DNA from: Trypanosoma brucei
Lineage: Eukaryota
Assembly: GCA_000002445.1 (NCBI GenBank)
Contig: CP000067.1
Coordinates: 704,001 to 768,000, forward strand
Direction: 5' to 3'
DNA length: 64,000 nt
The notes under the pieces are model-generated. The model was not told where the DNA came from. It made no database searches and saw nothing but the letters and a program-made list of their open reading frames with translations. The position numbers and the translations under genes were made by a program. Shown here in pieces: positions 22,421 to 34,780 of the stretch (position 1 is the first letter of the stretch; each line of letters starts with the position of its first letter).

Positions 22421-23320
22421 ATGAGCACAACATCGTCACGTACAGCAGACGACGGCCTGACGGAACTTGACGGTCACGTGCCGGGCCACTTCCGCCTTCC
22501 AACGCGCGGGAGCCAACAGCCTTTAGACGAAGATGAGGATCGTGCGCTGGTCTCCAACGGTACCGGTGGCGATGATGGTTCATGTTTTTCCGGTGACCCA
22601 CACGAAGTTCCCCATCCGGAGGAACCGACGCAACTCAACACCCGGACACTCCGGCGGATGCAGCGGGCCGTTGCGGGTGGCAACATTCCGTTACGTGCAG
22701 ATCTGCTTGGGGGCACGAATTTACGAGCGCAGCGGACGGCGAGTGCCATCACTGCGATGAGTTGTACTTCTGGTGGGATGGATGCTCAGTCCAGTGGTTG
22801 TGATACGTCGCGGGCGGAGAGTAAACAAAAATCTAACGATGTGCCTTTGGGTCGCGCTCATGATTCGGTGGCAAACCTCTCAATGGCCAGCGTGGAAAGC
22901 ATGTGTGGCAGTACCGTTATGCCAAACATACTCAACCGAAAGAATCTGGACTTTTTTTCTGCTCAATTGCTCAGCGGGGGAGCGCGGCTTCGCCAAGAGT
23001 TCCTCTCGGGTGAAGATGTGAAACCGCGGGGCGGTGAGCCCTCCGAAATGGCAACAGCAGATTTGCCAATGAGTTTGTGGACGGAAGGTGGCGGTAGTGA
23101 ACATTTGAGCCGATTTATCTCCCAAAGTGACATTGGATTAAATACGGAGGAAACACGACAGGGAAATGCAGCAGATAGCCTCAGTGAGGCCACAAACCCG
23201 CGGACTCCAGCAAATGAAGAGGGTATGCAGAGCGTAATGGCGGAAATGGGCACATTTGGTTCATCTTCACGTATAGCCGATCCCACCACGGCATCGGAAG
23301 GATCAGCCCAAAAAAAGTAG
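22421..23320 (+). CDS. hypothetical protein (Ser/Gly/acidic-rich, low complexity)
   Basis: A 299-aa + strand ORF, GC-richer than its flanks and in the same orientation as the array. No recognisable domain. Confidence 0.45.
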   Translation: MSTTSSRTADDGLTELDGHVPGHFRLPTRGSQQPLDEDEDRALVSNGTGGDDGSCFSGDPHEVPHPEEPTQLNTRTLRRMQRAVAGGNIPLRADLLGGTNLRAQRTASAITAMSCTSGGMDAQSSGCDTSRAESKQKSNDVPLGRAHDSVANLSMASVESMCGSTVMPNILNRKNLDFFSAQLLSGGARLRQEFLSGEDVKPRGGEPSEMATADLPMSLWTEGGGSEHLSRFISQSDIGLNTEETRQGNAADSLSEATNPRTPANEEGMQSVMAEMGTFGSSSRIADPTTASEGSAQKK

Positions 23321-23873
23321 AAGAGGGACCAAATGTCCACGAAACATTTTCGTGAAGAAGAGGAAGAGTGAGAGAATGACGTGGAAGAGAGAGAGAGAGA
23401 GAAAGAAAGAAAGAGAGGAAAAGGGAAAAAGAGAAATGATGAAAATAAGAGGAAAGAGTGGATAAATTCCAGAAAAGTGTGAGGGCATATATATATATAT
23501 ATATACATAAATGTGCATATGTGCGTGTATCCGTTTCCGTGTGTGTACTCGGGACGCTGATGATGTCAGCAGCAAAAATTGCTGAAAGTTGGAAGAAGAA
23601 GAAGATGATGATGAAGATGATGATGAAATCTCCTTCTCTTCACAAATTTGAACGACACTTGATGAGCATATGAGATGGCTGCTTGAGTGGAGGTCTTATT
23701 TAGTGAAAATGAAAAAGGGGGTAGTTAAAACTAAGTATAGAGTGAAATGTTTGATAAGATAAAATGAAGTGGAAAGAAAAGGTTAGGGATGATGTGAAAC
23801 AAGACGCCGTAAGAAAGGTTCGAGAAATGGGATGATGAAAAAGGGAGGCGCGTTTATAATTGTTGTTGTTTGT

Positions 23874-23912
23874 TTGGTTGGTTGGTTGGTTGGTTGGTTG
23901 GTTGGTTGGTTG
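23874..23912. repeat. (TTGG)n tetranucleotide repeat, about 10 units
   Basis: The sequence reads ttggttggttggttgg…. A (GTT)n/(GTTTT)n-rich block follows at 24290-24360. Confidence 0.9.
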
Positions 23913-24139
23913 AACCAATGTCTGGAAAAATGACGCTATACTACAAACCAGCGTACAAGAAAGGGGGCAAAGAAAAAAAAACAAAAAAGAAGTCAGGGAA
24001 AAGAAAGCGGGTGAAAGTGATACAAACTTCTCAGTTTGCACATCATACGTGTCTGGGTGTACTTTATTTTGTTACGCTCCGTTTAGTTTTACTCTGCTTT
24101 CCTCTCTTCTTTCTTTTTTTTTGTTTTGTTTTTTGTTGC

Positions 24140-24170
<31 letters not shown>

Positions 24171-24326
24171 GACTTGTGCTTCATTCATTCGTTTATTCAT
24201 TCAGACCATAAGATGGTCGTGGTATCTCCCTTTCCGTCCTCTTTAACGTGAAGATCTTTTCATCTTGAGGGGGATTGTCTCTGGTGACTGCGTTTTCTTT
24301 TTTGTTTTGTTTTGTTTTGTGTGTGA

Positions 24327-24360
<34 letters not shown>

Positions 24361-27300
24361 TTCTTTTCACTTTTGAATCATTTTATTTATTTTTGTTGAT
24401 GGTGCTTGCGGTAGCTGTTTTGAAGTGCAAGTGGAGGAAGAAAAGAGCAAAAAGATTAGGTGAAAATGCAAAAAAGAATGAGTGAGTGAGTTAAATTCTG
24501 ATAATTTCATGTGCCTTTGCAAAACTTGTGTCCTCTTTAATATCAAAGCAAAAAAAAAAGAAAAAGAAGGGAAAAAAACAAGGACAAAAAAGGGACGAAA
24601 AGACATGGAAAAAATCAGGTGAATAAAAGGAAGGGATTCGGGTAGATGACCATGAAAATTATTGTGTGTTTGCTCCATTGGGTTTGTTTTGTGTTTTTTT
24701 CTCCCCCTCCTCCCCTCCTCCCCTCCTCCCCCCCGCCAGCTAATCTCCCTTTTCCATCGCCCTTTCGTTCTTTAGTCATGTGCTTTTATTTGTCCATAAA
24801 AGTTTAACAACATTCCTTTAAGGAAAATACCTGCTGTTACTTCATGTTTTCTCTTTTTGTTTGTTTTTTGTTTGTTTGTTTGTTTGTTTGTTCTCTCAAC
24901 ACACACGCACACACGCACACCCTTCCTCTCCCGCCTTCGTGTCGTTTATACTTATATATTTGTATACTTACGTGTGTGACTTATATATTTATTCATGTAA
25001 ACATTTATTTTCATGACTTACGTGCGTTGCACTTTTAGTTGTTGTTTTTTTATTAATTATTATTTATGTTTATGTGTGTGGGCATGTGCCATGCGCATAA
25101 GGCAAAAGGAGTTGCCCGCGCATGTATGCAGCCGTGTAGTAAAGCAAATACACACACGCTGCGATATGTTGTGTTGTTTTGTGTTGTTTACTTTTTAGTT
25201 TTATTTATTTCCATTTGTTTTTGTTTTTTTTTTTTTTTGCAGCCCTCGATTTTATCTGGCGTTTATATTTATATAATCATATGTATTGGTGAAGAGGATA
25301 TTTGTGTAAAATTGCAAGGGAAATGGGGGAGGGGGTTGTTTCAACAACAACAAACAAATAAAAAGAATAAATAGGAACAATAAAATCTACGGTAACTCAT
25401 GGTGGAAAGGGTGGGGAATAAATTTTTTTAAAAAAAAATAGGGAAAGTAAAAAGGGATTGACATATGAATATAAATTTTCCTCTTGAATCGGATTTTAAA
25501 TGAACACGAACGCAAATGTACATGTTGGAGTGGGGGTACATGAAACGAAATAAGAAGGAATAAATGTATATATATTTATTTATTTACATTTATATTATTT
25601 ATATTTATAGCACAGTGCACTAATTTGATTCTTTCTCTCCATTCATTTGTTTGGTCGTTAGTTCGTTGCCGCCGCCTTCCATTTGCATTTGTTTGTTTCG
25701 GTGTGTTTCTACCTTTTGTTATCTGCCACGTTTTTTTTTCTTTTTTTTTTCACTTTTGCACGTCCCTTCTCTTTTTTTCCTCCTTTATTTACTTCCATTT
25801 TCCAGGAAAATCATCGCCACCATAAAATCATCATTACGCATGTGGGTGAATGCGTGAGAAAGTACAGGAGAGAATAGGAGGAGTGGTGCGGTACCGCGAA
25901 ATAAATAACGTCTAAAGTGATAAGTCTTGTGTGTTGTGGAAGGGGGGAAAATAAAACCAAGAAGGAGACATTACTTACGAGTACACTTGTATTTAAATCT
26001 TTATATTTGAATACATGCATACGTATATTTATGTGTTTTACAAGTATATGGAGAGAAGCAAATGAAGACATGACAACGAGTGGCACTTAAATTACCTTTC
26101 TCCATCCCCCACAATTCCTTTTCCTCTATCTTTTCCGTTTTACCTCTTCTCTCTTTCCCTTATTATTTGCCTTTATTTTCCATTCATTTCTCTCCTCATG
26201 TGTGGCATGGGGGGTTGCACTCTGCGCCCAGTAACGAATGCGCATGGGTGGCCGTGTGAGCGTGGATAAATATATATATATATATATATATTCATAAATA
26301 TGCGGAAACATTTATGATCTCTTGTCTTCACCATTCCACTGCCACTTAACCCTCCCTTCAGTATTTCCTCCCCGTCACTGGAAATTGAAACCAGTAACGT
26401 GTTTTCGTGGCTGTGTCATTGTTCCAACCAGGGGCTCGAGAACGCAACTGTTTTCGTTTGGTTTCCCTCTTTACTTCATGTTTTGTTGTTGTTTTGTTGC
26501 TGCTGCTGTTGTTGTTTTGTTACACTCCTCCTTGGGATCATATGGACTTGCTGATCATATTTTTTACTTTCCCCTTCTCTCTTTCTCTCTTTTCATTTCT
26601 TTCTTTTCACTTTCATTTCCTTTCTTCATGTAAGCATCACATCGTATGCACAAGGCACACACAAAAAAAAAAAGAGAAAAGAAAAGAAGGAGTAGAGAAA
26701 TGAAGCAAGTACAGTTGTCATGTGGCGCCTGAGAAAGTGATTGATTAAGGCCCTCATCGCGGTTATTATTATTTTTATTTTCTTTTTTCCATCCTCCTCC
26801 TTTTTCTTCTTTCACTGTTGTTTCATCTGGAGTCGTGGGCAGATGTGTCGTGGGAGGCGCACGGAAAAGGAGGGTTTTGCGTATGTTCAGTTATATTACC
26901 ATCATTATTATTGTTCTTATTGTTATTTTGACTGTCTCTATTACTTTTGTGTATACTCCGGATGAATGTTAATATTAAATAGTAATTCAATGTGTCAATA
27001 TACCACCATGTGGCGCCCCTATCTGTAAGTGTTACCATAATGTATGTGTCTGCACTTTTTCAACGTCGTGTTGTTCTCCCCTTATTTGATTATTTTTTTT
27101 TAGGACTAATTGTCTTTTTTTTTTCCTATTCGGTGAATCATACCTACGTGTTTCTTCTTAACCACACAACGCGCAGATAAATAAAAAAGAAAGAAAGAAA
27201 GGAAGAGGAAGTGTGCAGCAAAGAAGCACATCCAATTAGCGTAACTGTCCACGAAGAGATAGAGAAAAAGGAATTAAGGGAAGGAAGTTGAGGGGGGTCA

Positions 27301-27458
27301 CATCGACAAGAGGAAAAAAAAGGTAAGAAAAAAGTAAAGTAAAGTGAGTACATACATTGATATTCCTCCTTTTTTTTTCTTTCCTTCCTCTCTCTCTCCT
27401 TTATCGAGACTTGTTTGGGGTTTTTGTCTGTTAATAGTCTGCGTTCTTGTCTTTACAA

Positions 27459-29477
27459 ATGGAAGAGGGTGATCATATGGAGTTTTCCGCCAGGGAGATA
27501 GAAGAACTGGAGAATGATACAATCAATCCTACGAATTGCAACCACAAACTTGACAAGGAGCACGTCGAAAAGCTTAGGCAGGCCACGTTGCAGGAAATTG
27601 AGGAAAAGGATAAACTGGTGGAGAAAGGAATGCGACTGTTCTTCATGAATAAGGTAAAGGATGCAGAAGATATTATGAATAACAATGCGCCACTTGATCC
27701 GCTTCATGCGCTCGGCGCCTGTTGTCTGGCAGCACTGAAATCTCTGTTGTCGATGGGCGTGAACGATACAAAATATGCTCTTCAGAAGGCTGATTTTTCC
27801 ATAGCATTCTCCACTGAAGTTGCCACAATCCCCAAAGGTTTCTTTGGCTCCGTAACAAACTTGTTTTGGGGAGAAGCTGGGCGGGAATTTCAACCAGGGA
27901 TGTTCCGCGCAAAAACAATCCGCGCGCAGTCATTTGCCGTCCGTGGGATTCTGCTCATCTCCCAGCAGGGTGATATGATGGCACTTCTCCGCGGTGGCAT
28001 GGCCCTGAAGAATTCCTATAAGCTTCTGCAGTCGCTGAAACGGGAGCTGGAAGACCTTAAGAAGAAGAAAGATGCAAATTCCTACGAGGGTTTGGGAGCC
28101 GACCGCAACAGCGTGTACGGTCTTTTGTTGATGGTGGGAGTTACACATGTTGTCATTTCACTCCTCCCGTCACGTGTACTGTCCATCCTCGGTTTCTTGG
28201 GACTCAAATACGACAGGAAACATGGTATGAAATTCATCTCTATGACATGGGAGAGTCGCACTCTATTTGCACCCTTTGCTGCTCTGTTTCTTATGGTCAT
28301 CACGAGTTTTGTACCGGGTTTCTGCCCACTTCATGTCCCCCGGTGGCTTCCCGCTGCTAAAGCTATTGCTGAGCACACGGTGGATCAGCCACCAATGGGT
28401 GAGTCTCTATTGCATTTATGGATCCTCGGCCGTATTAAGCGCTTGGAGCAAGATGTTGAAGGGAGTATGTCCGCATTGTCCAAATGCTTGAAAGCCGCGG
28501 AGGAGGGACAAGTTGCCAAGTGGATGCCGCAGTTGCGGGACTTCGCCATTTATGATCAGGGGTGGAATTTTGTCATCACCATGCAGTGGAGGGAAGCCAT
28601 TGAATTATACAAGAGGCTTGAGGATCACTCAGCATGGTCAAAATTGTTTTATGGGTACGCGCAGGCGTGTTGTTTTGACATGTTAGCGCTAGAGGCTGAA
28701 CAGGCAGGAAATAAGGAGGGTGTGGCGAAGTATCAACAGGAAGCATCGGAGGCATTATGGAGGACGGCACACTACAGGATAAACATTATGGGTGGTAGAG
28801 CAGTGTCGGTAGAGGAGTTCGTATCCGTGAGACTGGGGGAAACGTTTAAGCACTGTGGCATTGAACATCCCAATAAAGGCAACAAACGTATTGTTGAGCC
28901 CACACCATTCCCTTTAGAGGGGCTGAAGCTACGAAACCCTGTACGAGTGGGTGTGATAGAGCTCCTTGCCCTATTCGACATCACGCATCAGATGCCGCAG
29001 TCTAATACGGAAAAGTTTCTAGATATCATCGACAGAGTATCGAAGAAGTGCAGTGATTCACCTCAAATAGGTTCCACAGATGATGGAAACGGGGCTTGCG
29101 GAAATGAGGCACCAGCAGAGAAGGGTGATGAAAAGAATATTGAAACATACACGACCATCGTATGCGCGGCAGTCAAGGCAAATTTGTTATGCAGGATCGA
29201 ATCCAGACGGGAAGAAGCGAGTGCATGTCTGGAAGGAGCAGTCGCAATATCATCCAAATACAAGCGGGAAAAGTGCTCAGTTTCCTGGGTGCGGCCTCAA
29301 ATGATATACGAGCAAGCCGTATTGGCGTCTGTGGAGGGTGACGAGGGACGGATGAACAAGTTATTGGATAAAGTTAAAGAAAGCAACCACAAACGGCTCT
29401 TTCAGAACGTGATGGATGTTAAATTACACCTGACGGAGTATGGTAAGGAGGCGCCAGTGGTCAGTCACATCATTTAG
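27459..29477 (+). CDS. TTC39/Iml2-like protein (DUF3808-type TPR-like)
   Basis: The N-terminal block KGMRLFFMNKVKDAEDIM… resembles the TTC39-family opening (a.lflnnkfadAeell). …LLMVGVTHVVISLLPSRVLSILGFLG… resembles the family's LLP.kvlkll.f.GF motif. The ORF-track start at 27447 is TTG; the first ATG is 27459. Confidence 0.5.
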   Translation: MEEGDHMEFSAREIEELENDTINPTNCNHKLDKEHVEKLRQATLQEIEEKDKLVEKGMRLFFMNKVKDAEDIMNNNAPLDPLHALGACCLAALKSLLSMGVNDTKYALQKADFSIAFSTEVATIPKGFFGSVTNLFWGEAGREFQPGMFRAKTIRAQSFAVRGILLISQQGDMMALLRGGMALKNSYKLLQSLKRELEDLKKKKDANSYEGLGADRNSVYGLLLMVGVTHVVISLLPSRVLSILGFLGLKYDRKHGMKFISMTWESRTLFAPFAALFLMVITSFVPGFCPLHVPRWLPAAKAIAEHTVDQPPMGESLLHLWILGRIKRLEQDVEGSMSALSKCLKAAEEGQVAKWMPQLRDFAIYDQGWNFVITMQWREAIELYKRLEDHSAWSKLFYGYAQACCFDMLALEAEQAGNKEGVAKYQQEASEALWRTAHYRINIMGGRAVSVEEFVSVRLGETFKHCGIEHPNKGNKRIVEPTPFPLEGLKLRNPVRVGVIELLALFDITHQMPQSNTEKFLDIIDRVSKKCSDSPQIGSTDDGNGACGNEAPAEKGDEKNIETYTTIVCAAVKANLLCRIESRREEASACLEGAVAISSKYKREKCSVSWVRPQMIYEQAVLASVEGDEGRMNKLLDKVKESNHKRLFQNVMDVKLHLTEYGKEAPVVSHII

Positions 29478-30313
29478 TGACAACAAATATGTGAAATAAA
29501 TAAACTTGCCCTACGCGGAAGCATGGGAAGGTTGAGTTGGAAGTGATAGTAGCGGAGTTTTCCCTTCTTTACTGCATCACGCAAATGCGCAGATATGCAC
29601 ACAACGCTGTGCACCGCTTGTTATAAGCGGCTGCAATGACGCAGTTGCTGGTCTCTGTTGTTCACATTTTCTTTTTTTTGTTTCTTTGGAGACACAGCAG
29701 CGGTTATTTACTGTTGTTCTTTTTTTTTTATTTTTACATTTTAATTACTCCCTTTGCCTAACAGCTGCAACCTCCGAACGGCGTAGTAATTGTGTGAATA
29801 ATTATCCACTGCAACTCTCCCTCTGTGCTGCTTTTTTTTTCTAAAAAAAAAAACAAAATTTAAACGCCACACGCGTGTACTAAAGGAATAATCTGATGAG
29901 GGAAAATTGGACCAAGCTCCAATCTACCACTACGATCAATTCCTTGCTTACAGATACGATTTTTTTTTTCCTTCAGTTTTGAGCTCCTTTCCATATTTAT
30001 TTCTCTTCGGCTAGCAATTCTATTGGCGTGTATTATTTTCTTGCACTCACCACAACGTTGTACCTCCAACAACACCATCACGGTTGCTGCATTACTTTAT
30101 TTTATGTTTTCAATCCTTTTCTTTTTCTTGTTTTACCCTTCCTTTCTTTGTGTGACTAGTTCTTACCGGGGAAGCCACTAACCACCACCGGCACCGCCAC
30201 CGGGCGCACAGATAACGGAGTGTAGAAAAAAAAAGTAAAAAATAATAATAATAACAATAGCAATAATAATAAAGTAAAACGAAAGCGAAAGCAGGCGCAA
30301 AAGAAGAGAGGAA

Positions 30314-31339
30314 ATGGCGGTGACACCAATAGAAAAAAGGGAAGGCGGTATGGAGCTAGAGAATCAAGAAGTGGTTGTCCAGAGTGAGTCGCCGCGAGAA
30401 GCGGCTAGAAATGGTGGTTCCTCATTGAACAGTGAATTAAAAAAAGTATTAAATAGGCGCGCACGGTATAGAACACCGTTAATATTTATCTCCCTAACAT
30501 CCGTGGTGCTGATGCTAACAACACTCGCAACCTCCACAATACCCGTTCCGCAATTCAAAAATAACACCAAGAAACGGGTCGTTATGATTGTGGCCCCATC
30601 GCTTCGGCCAGACGTGCTAAAGTTGTCAATTGAAAGCAACAAGGCGCCTTTTATGAATTTAGTGACCGCCGCTGGGGGAAACTATTTGTACACGAATTGG
30701 GGAGCAAAGAAGAACTGGTCAGTGACCAGTGCGCCGGATACGTCAAGAGGGAGTGGGTGGTCTGAAGCAAACGGGCGATCCAACTCTTTAAAACTCCTAC
30801 AGGAATTAGCAAAAGAGGGAAAACGGTCCATCGTGTTGGCGTCATCTTCCGACGATCGTCAGAGCAACAAGGAAGAAAAGAGCAGCAACGGTGGGAGACG
30901 CGGAGTAGAAATACTTCCCGTTACTACGAGTTCATCGGAGCTGCTTGAAGAAGATGTGCTTCATGCGTTCGAGCGACTCACGAAGAACGATGGAGATCTG
31001 CTTTATATCCACACAGGCGTGGGGGGCGGTTCGAAGGCTGCTGAAGGGGAAGGAAATGCAGCAGCTTTTGATGACATCAACATCCTTGACAGCATGCTGA
31101 AAAAGTTAACTATTGCGGTGGCCGGGCATTCACAAAAAACGGCGGAGAAGTGGCTGGTAGCTGTCGTCGCCGGAGGAGGAAGAGGAGGAAATGTGGCCCA
31201 CGAGGTCTCCATGTTAACCTCCACGTATGACCGTGGTAATCTGCTGAACAGCGATTCCCTGACGAAAGACATATCGTCTGATTGTGTGCAGTCCACGTTG
31301 CTGCGCTGGTTTGGTGTCAGGGAAGCCACTGCCTCCTGA
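30314..31339 (+). CDS. hypothetical type-II membrane protein, possibly a degenerate alkaline-phosphatase-superfamily (GPI-EtNP-transferase-like) luminal domain
   Basis: There is one predicted TM segment (LIFISLTSVVLMLTTLATSTI). KRVVMIVAPSLRPDVL resembles the v.lvviDALRfDf metal-site block of PigN-type enzymes, but with Asp replaced by Pro. …LTIAVAGHSQ resembles the …DHGm block. This assignment is weak. Confidence 0.4.
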   Translation: MAVTPIEKREGGMELENQEVVVQSESPREAARNGGSSLNSELKKVLNRRARYRTPLIFISLTSVVLMLTTLATSTIPVPQFKNNTKKRVVMIVAPSLRPDVLKLSIESNKAPFMNLVTAAGGNYLYTNWGAKKNWSVTSAPDTSRGSGWSEANGRSNSLKLLQELAKEGKRSIVLASSSDDRQSNKEEKSSNGGRRGVEILPVTTSSSELLEEDVLHAFERLTKNDGDLLYIHTGVGGGSKAAEGEGNAAAFDDINILDSMLKKLTIAVAGHSQKTAEKWLVAVVAGGGRGGNVAHEVSMLTSTYDRGNLLNSDSLTKDISSDCVQSTLLRWFGVREATAS

Positions 31340-31979
31340 AGGCTATTATATAACGTCTGCGTTTCGCACAATTTGCCCTCTCGTTTGCGCAGGGAAATGT
31401 TTCCCAGTAGTATCGTTTCGTCTATTTAATGTGTGTATCTGTTGGATATCTTTCGTTCTGTATGGGAGGAAGAAAGGAAAAAAAACAAAAAAAGAGACCA
31501 ACTCTTTCAGAGAAGCTCATACGATGACAGTGATGCCCACCCTGTAGGGTAGAGAAAACAGGAAAATGCTGTCAGACCACCAGAGTCTCAACATTTTTTA
31601 GTAAACAGTTTTTACCATCGTGCACCGCCGGCACTCTGCGCCAGGATACTTTGACAGTCATAATAATCGTCATCTCAAACTCGCCGACCTGTTAAATGTG
31701 TTTGTGTGTGTATGTGTGTATGTTTACCTGTCTACTGGTGTTGGTAGGAGAGGGGAAAAAAAACTGAGCTTTTAAAAGATATCATCCCACGTTTCGTGTC
31801 TTGTTTCCTCTTTGATTCTGCACAAAGTTTACCTGTATTTCCTTCCCTCACCCCGTGGGACTAGTATTACCAAACCAACTGGCTACTTCGTTTAGGGCCA
31901 TTCGATTATCAACACCATCACTAGTGCCACAACCCATCGTGTCACGCGCGCACACACACACACACACACACCGTAACGC

Positions 31980-34352
31980 ATGACACATTGTGACCCATCG
32001 AACCTTACTGGAGATAGCATACTTTCATTAGGGGATTGTACATCAACTGTAGCCTCCGAAACTGCGAACTCACCAGCACCGCACACCGACATGAAAGCCA
32101 TGCCGTGGCCCTCCCCAATACAAAAACAGCAACAGGAGGGACCATACATTCAATCACTCGTTCACCTGCATGCCGACCGCCAGTGCGATGAAGGCGGGTT
32201 GGGGCTCAACACCAACAATGGTGAGGACAAGACAAACATTTCCGCCTTGCAGGATTCCATCGTCATGTCCGACCTCAGCGATCAAGTTAAGAAAACTCAG
32301 GCGCGTCTCGCCACCCTTCGGGAAGAGGAAAAGGTGCTGCAGTTGCGGCGGAGAGCTCTGCTTGGTTCTGAGGAGCACTGTATTGCTGGTGATGGCAGTG
32401 CAGCTGTCGGGTATATACATCTTGCGTCTCTCACGTCCCCGAAAGCAGTTGATGATACCTGCGTGGGATGCGCAGTGGGGGAAAAGCGGGAAGGCGAAAA
32501 TCATTCTCATCTCTGCGACAGCCCCTCGGTTGGTACTGACGGTACGCCGTGCTCTACGCCGGCGGCAGTGAGGGAAAGTCGTGGGGTTCAGGTGTCGTGT
32601 GTCGCAGCCAAGTCCAACAACACCTCGAAACACTCACGAGCGACTTCCCCACATCTCGTTGGAGACCGCGGCTTCACCACGGGGACCACAGGCAGTCGGT
32701 TGCAGTCATGTGGGCTCGTCTTCTCGTTGGTAACATATCTGGAGCCGCTTTGGGCGGTAGATGTTGAGGTAAGCAGGGGTGTTTTTAAGAGGCTGGAGGT
32801 GTTTGCCGGGGAGAATGTGAACGAAGTTGCAAGACGGTTTGTTGAAAAGAACGGACTTGAGGAGGTTCGAGCCCTCCAGCCACTGCAACGTTATTTGGCA
32901 GCGTTAGCGGCACAGAAGATGAACCAGGGGGAAGGGATGGAACCGAGTGGTTCGACACCCAATGTACACACAGGAGTCAACAGAATGGACGAGAAGCTGG
33001 TCGGCCCTCTCCAAACGGACTGTGATCGAGTGGGGACGCCGCTGCGCTTCGAGGTTGGGCAAAGGAATCGTGGGTGTTCCAAGAAAGTGCAAGGATCTGA
33101 TGCAGCAAATATTGCGCAAGGAGGCACTGTCCAGGGAAGTGATACGTCCGATATTACTCATCCTGATGTCAAGATGTGCGGCAGGGATGGCAAGCTAATG
33201 TTGAAGCGACCAGGTGGCTCCCGCAAAATCGACGCGGGGAGGAATATCGAGGAGGAACAGGAGGAGAAATGGAAGAGACGGGGGACACCGGCCTCCCCCC
33301 GTCGCCCTGAGAGGGACCGCTTCGGTGCAAGGCGAACAAACAGTTCGTGTGCGGCGGTCCCTCGTGGTATCGAGGACACTAATCGTCAACTGGTACGTAA
33401 AATGGAGGCAGTGCCGCCAAGGGACCCTTCCACTACACGAGGGCAAGCCGCTCGTACGGCGATGTCCGAAAGGGGCAGACGAGCGGCAACACCAACGGCA
33501 CCGTACACGGATAGAGCATCCAGTGGATGCACCGGAACCCATAGAAACGGAATGGGCGCAACAAGCACCATATTGTGTAGTTCTACTCAACATGGAGAAC
33601 GTCCCATAATAACTGAGCCGGGTTGCGCGAGAGAAGATGAGGTGGAGCGACTCCTCATCCGCAGGCAGCAGCGCTCGGAGCAGGTTAAAAATACAGAATC
33701 CCATAGATGTACACCGCAATTGTCAAAAGCACGAGCAGTAAAAGGATCTGGCGCGCAGCCGCAAGTCCTCAACTGCGGTGCAAAAAAGGTGTCGTATAGC
33801 ACCCAAAGGGGTAAAATTGAGGAGCGAGTGGCCGGTCCCCCACTCCACCCCGCGGATGAACAGTCGACAAGTGATATGGAGAGTCTACAAGTTTCCCCGT
33901 CTGCAGCACAACCGCGTGGAGAGGCTGAACGACAGGCACTCCACGGAGAAGAGCGCTCCTATGAGAGGCTAAACACAAGCAAATCGCATGGATCTCCCTC
34001 ACCTGCCTCACAGAAACGGAGTGTGCACGTGAAGTCCACTGAGGAACTGGAGTTGGAGGCGTGTACCTTCAGCCCGGCAATCAACCCGCGGTCTGTACAC
34101 ATATTCAACACGATTATTAACGGACGGGCTGCAAGTGAAAGGAAACCACCCTTGACAAAACGAGAGGGTGTGCGGTTTGTAAGCCCGCAAAGCCGCAGTA
34201 CCAGCACAACGCGGGGAGGCTCACCTGCGGGAAACAGGCTTCCAAATCAAGAAATCATACAACGAAAACTCTCGGAAGAAATGAAATGTCATCGAACATC
34301 CGAGAACTTTGGGACCGGTAAGCGGGCTTCAAACCCCTTTCATGGGCGTTGA
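31980..34352 (+). CDS. hypothetical protein (790 aa; Ser/Arg/Gly-rich, largely low complexity)
   Basis: A long + strand ORF starting at an ATG immediately after a (CA)n tract. No confident domain. Confidence 0.45.
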   Translation: MTHCDPSNLTGDSILSLGDCTSTVASETANSPAPHTDMKAMPWPSPIQKQQQEGPYIQSLVHLHADRQCDEGGLGLNTNNGEDKTNISALQDSIVMSDLSDQVKKTQARLATLREEEKVLQLRRRALLGSEEHCIAGDGSAAVGYIHLASLTSPKAVDDTCVGCAVGEKREGENHSHLCDSPSVGTDGTPCSTPAAVRESRGVQVSCVAAKSNNTSKHSRATSPHLVGDRGFTTGTTGSRLQSCGLVFSLVTYLEPLWAVDVEVSRGVFKRLEVFAGENVNEVARRFVEKNGLEEVRALQPLQRYLAALAAQKMNQGEGMEPSGSTPNVHTGVNRMDEKLVGPLQTDCDRVGTPLRFEVGQRNRGCSKKVQGSDAANIAQGGTVQGSDTSDITHPDVKMCGRDGKLMLKRPGGSRKIDAGRNIEEEQEEKWKRRGTPASPRRPERDRFGARRTNSSCAAVPRGIEDTNRQLVRKMEAVPPRDPSTTRGQAARTAMSERGRRAATPTAPYTDRASSGCTGTHRNGMGATSTILCSSTQHGERPIITEPGCAREDEVERLLIRRQQRSEQVKNTESHRCTPQLSKARAVKGSGAQPQVLNCGAKKVSYSTQRGKIEERVAGPPLHPADEQSTSDMESLQVSPSAAQPRGEAERQALHGEERSYERLNTSKSHGSPSPASQKRSVHVKSTEELELEACTFSPAINPRSVHIFNTIINGRAASERKPPLTKREGVRFVSPQSRSTSTTRGGSPAGNRLPNQEIIQRKLSEEMKCHRTSENFGTGKRASNPFHGR

Positions 34353-34780
34353 GGCGGCCACCAGTAGCCGTTCAGTGAGCAAAACGGCAGGCCTTTCTCT
34401 GACGGTAAGCTCTGCCCTCACCGCGATGTTGGAGGCGGAACCCATATTGTACTAATGTAGTTTTGATGAAGCACAGTCGTTCCTCGTGTGTTTGTCTTTG
34501 TGTGTGTGTGTGTGTTTTCCAATCCTTTGTACATACCCGATCGACTTCTATATGACTGTTGTCCTCATTATGATCACAACAATCGGGTTACACGTGGCAT
34601 ACGGACGTGTGTGCCTGCAGAAACCTGTTGCATGTCCCTTTTTATATTTGCCTCGGGCCGCTAGGTCGTCACGTCTTTTCAACTATTTCTATTTTTAATC
34701 AATACTTCTTTCTCACACACATAAACAGACGGACACACACGCCTGGAGTGGTTCCGTGGGTAACATTCCTTCGGGGCTGA

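Noticed and set aside
27447-27458. TTG (27447), TTG (54226) and GTG (17775) ORF-track start codons
   Set aside because: Non-ATG initiation is not expected in this nuclear context. I used the first in-frame ATG instead.
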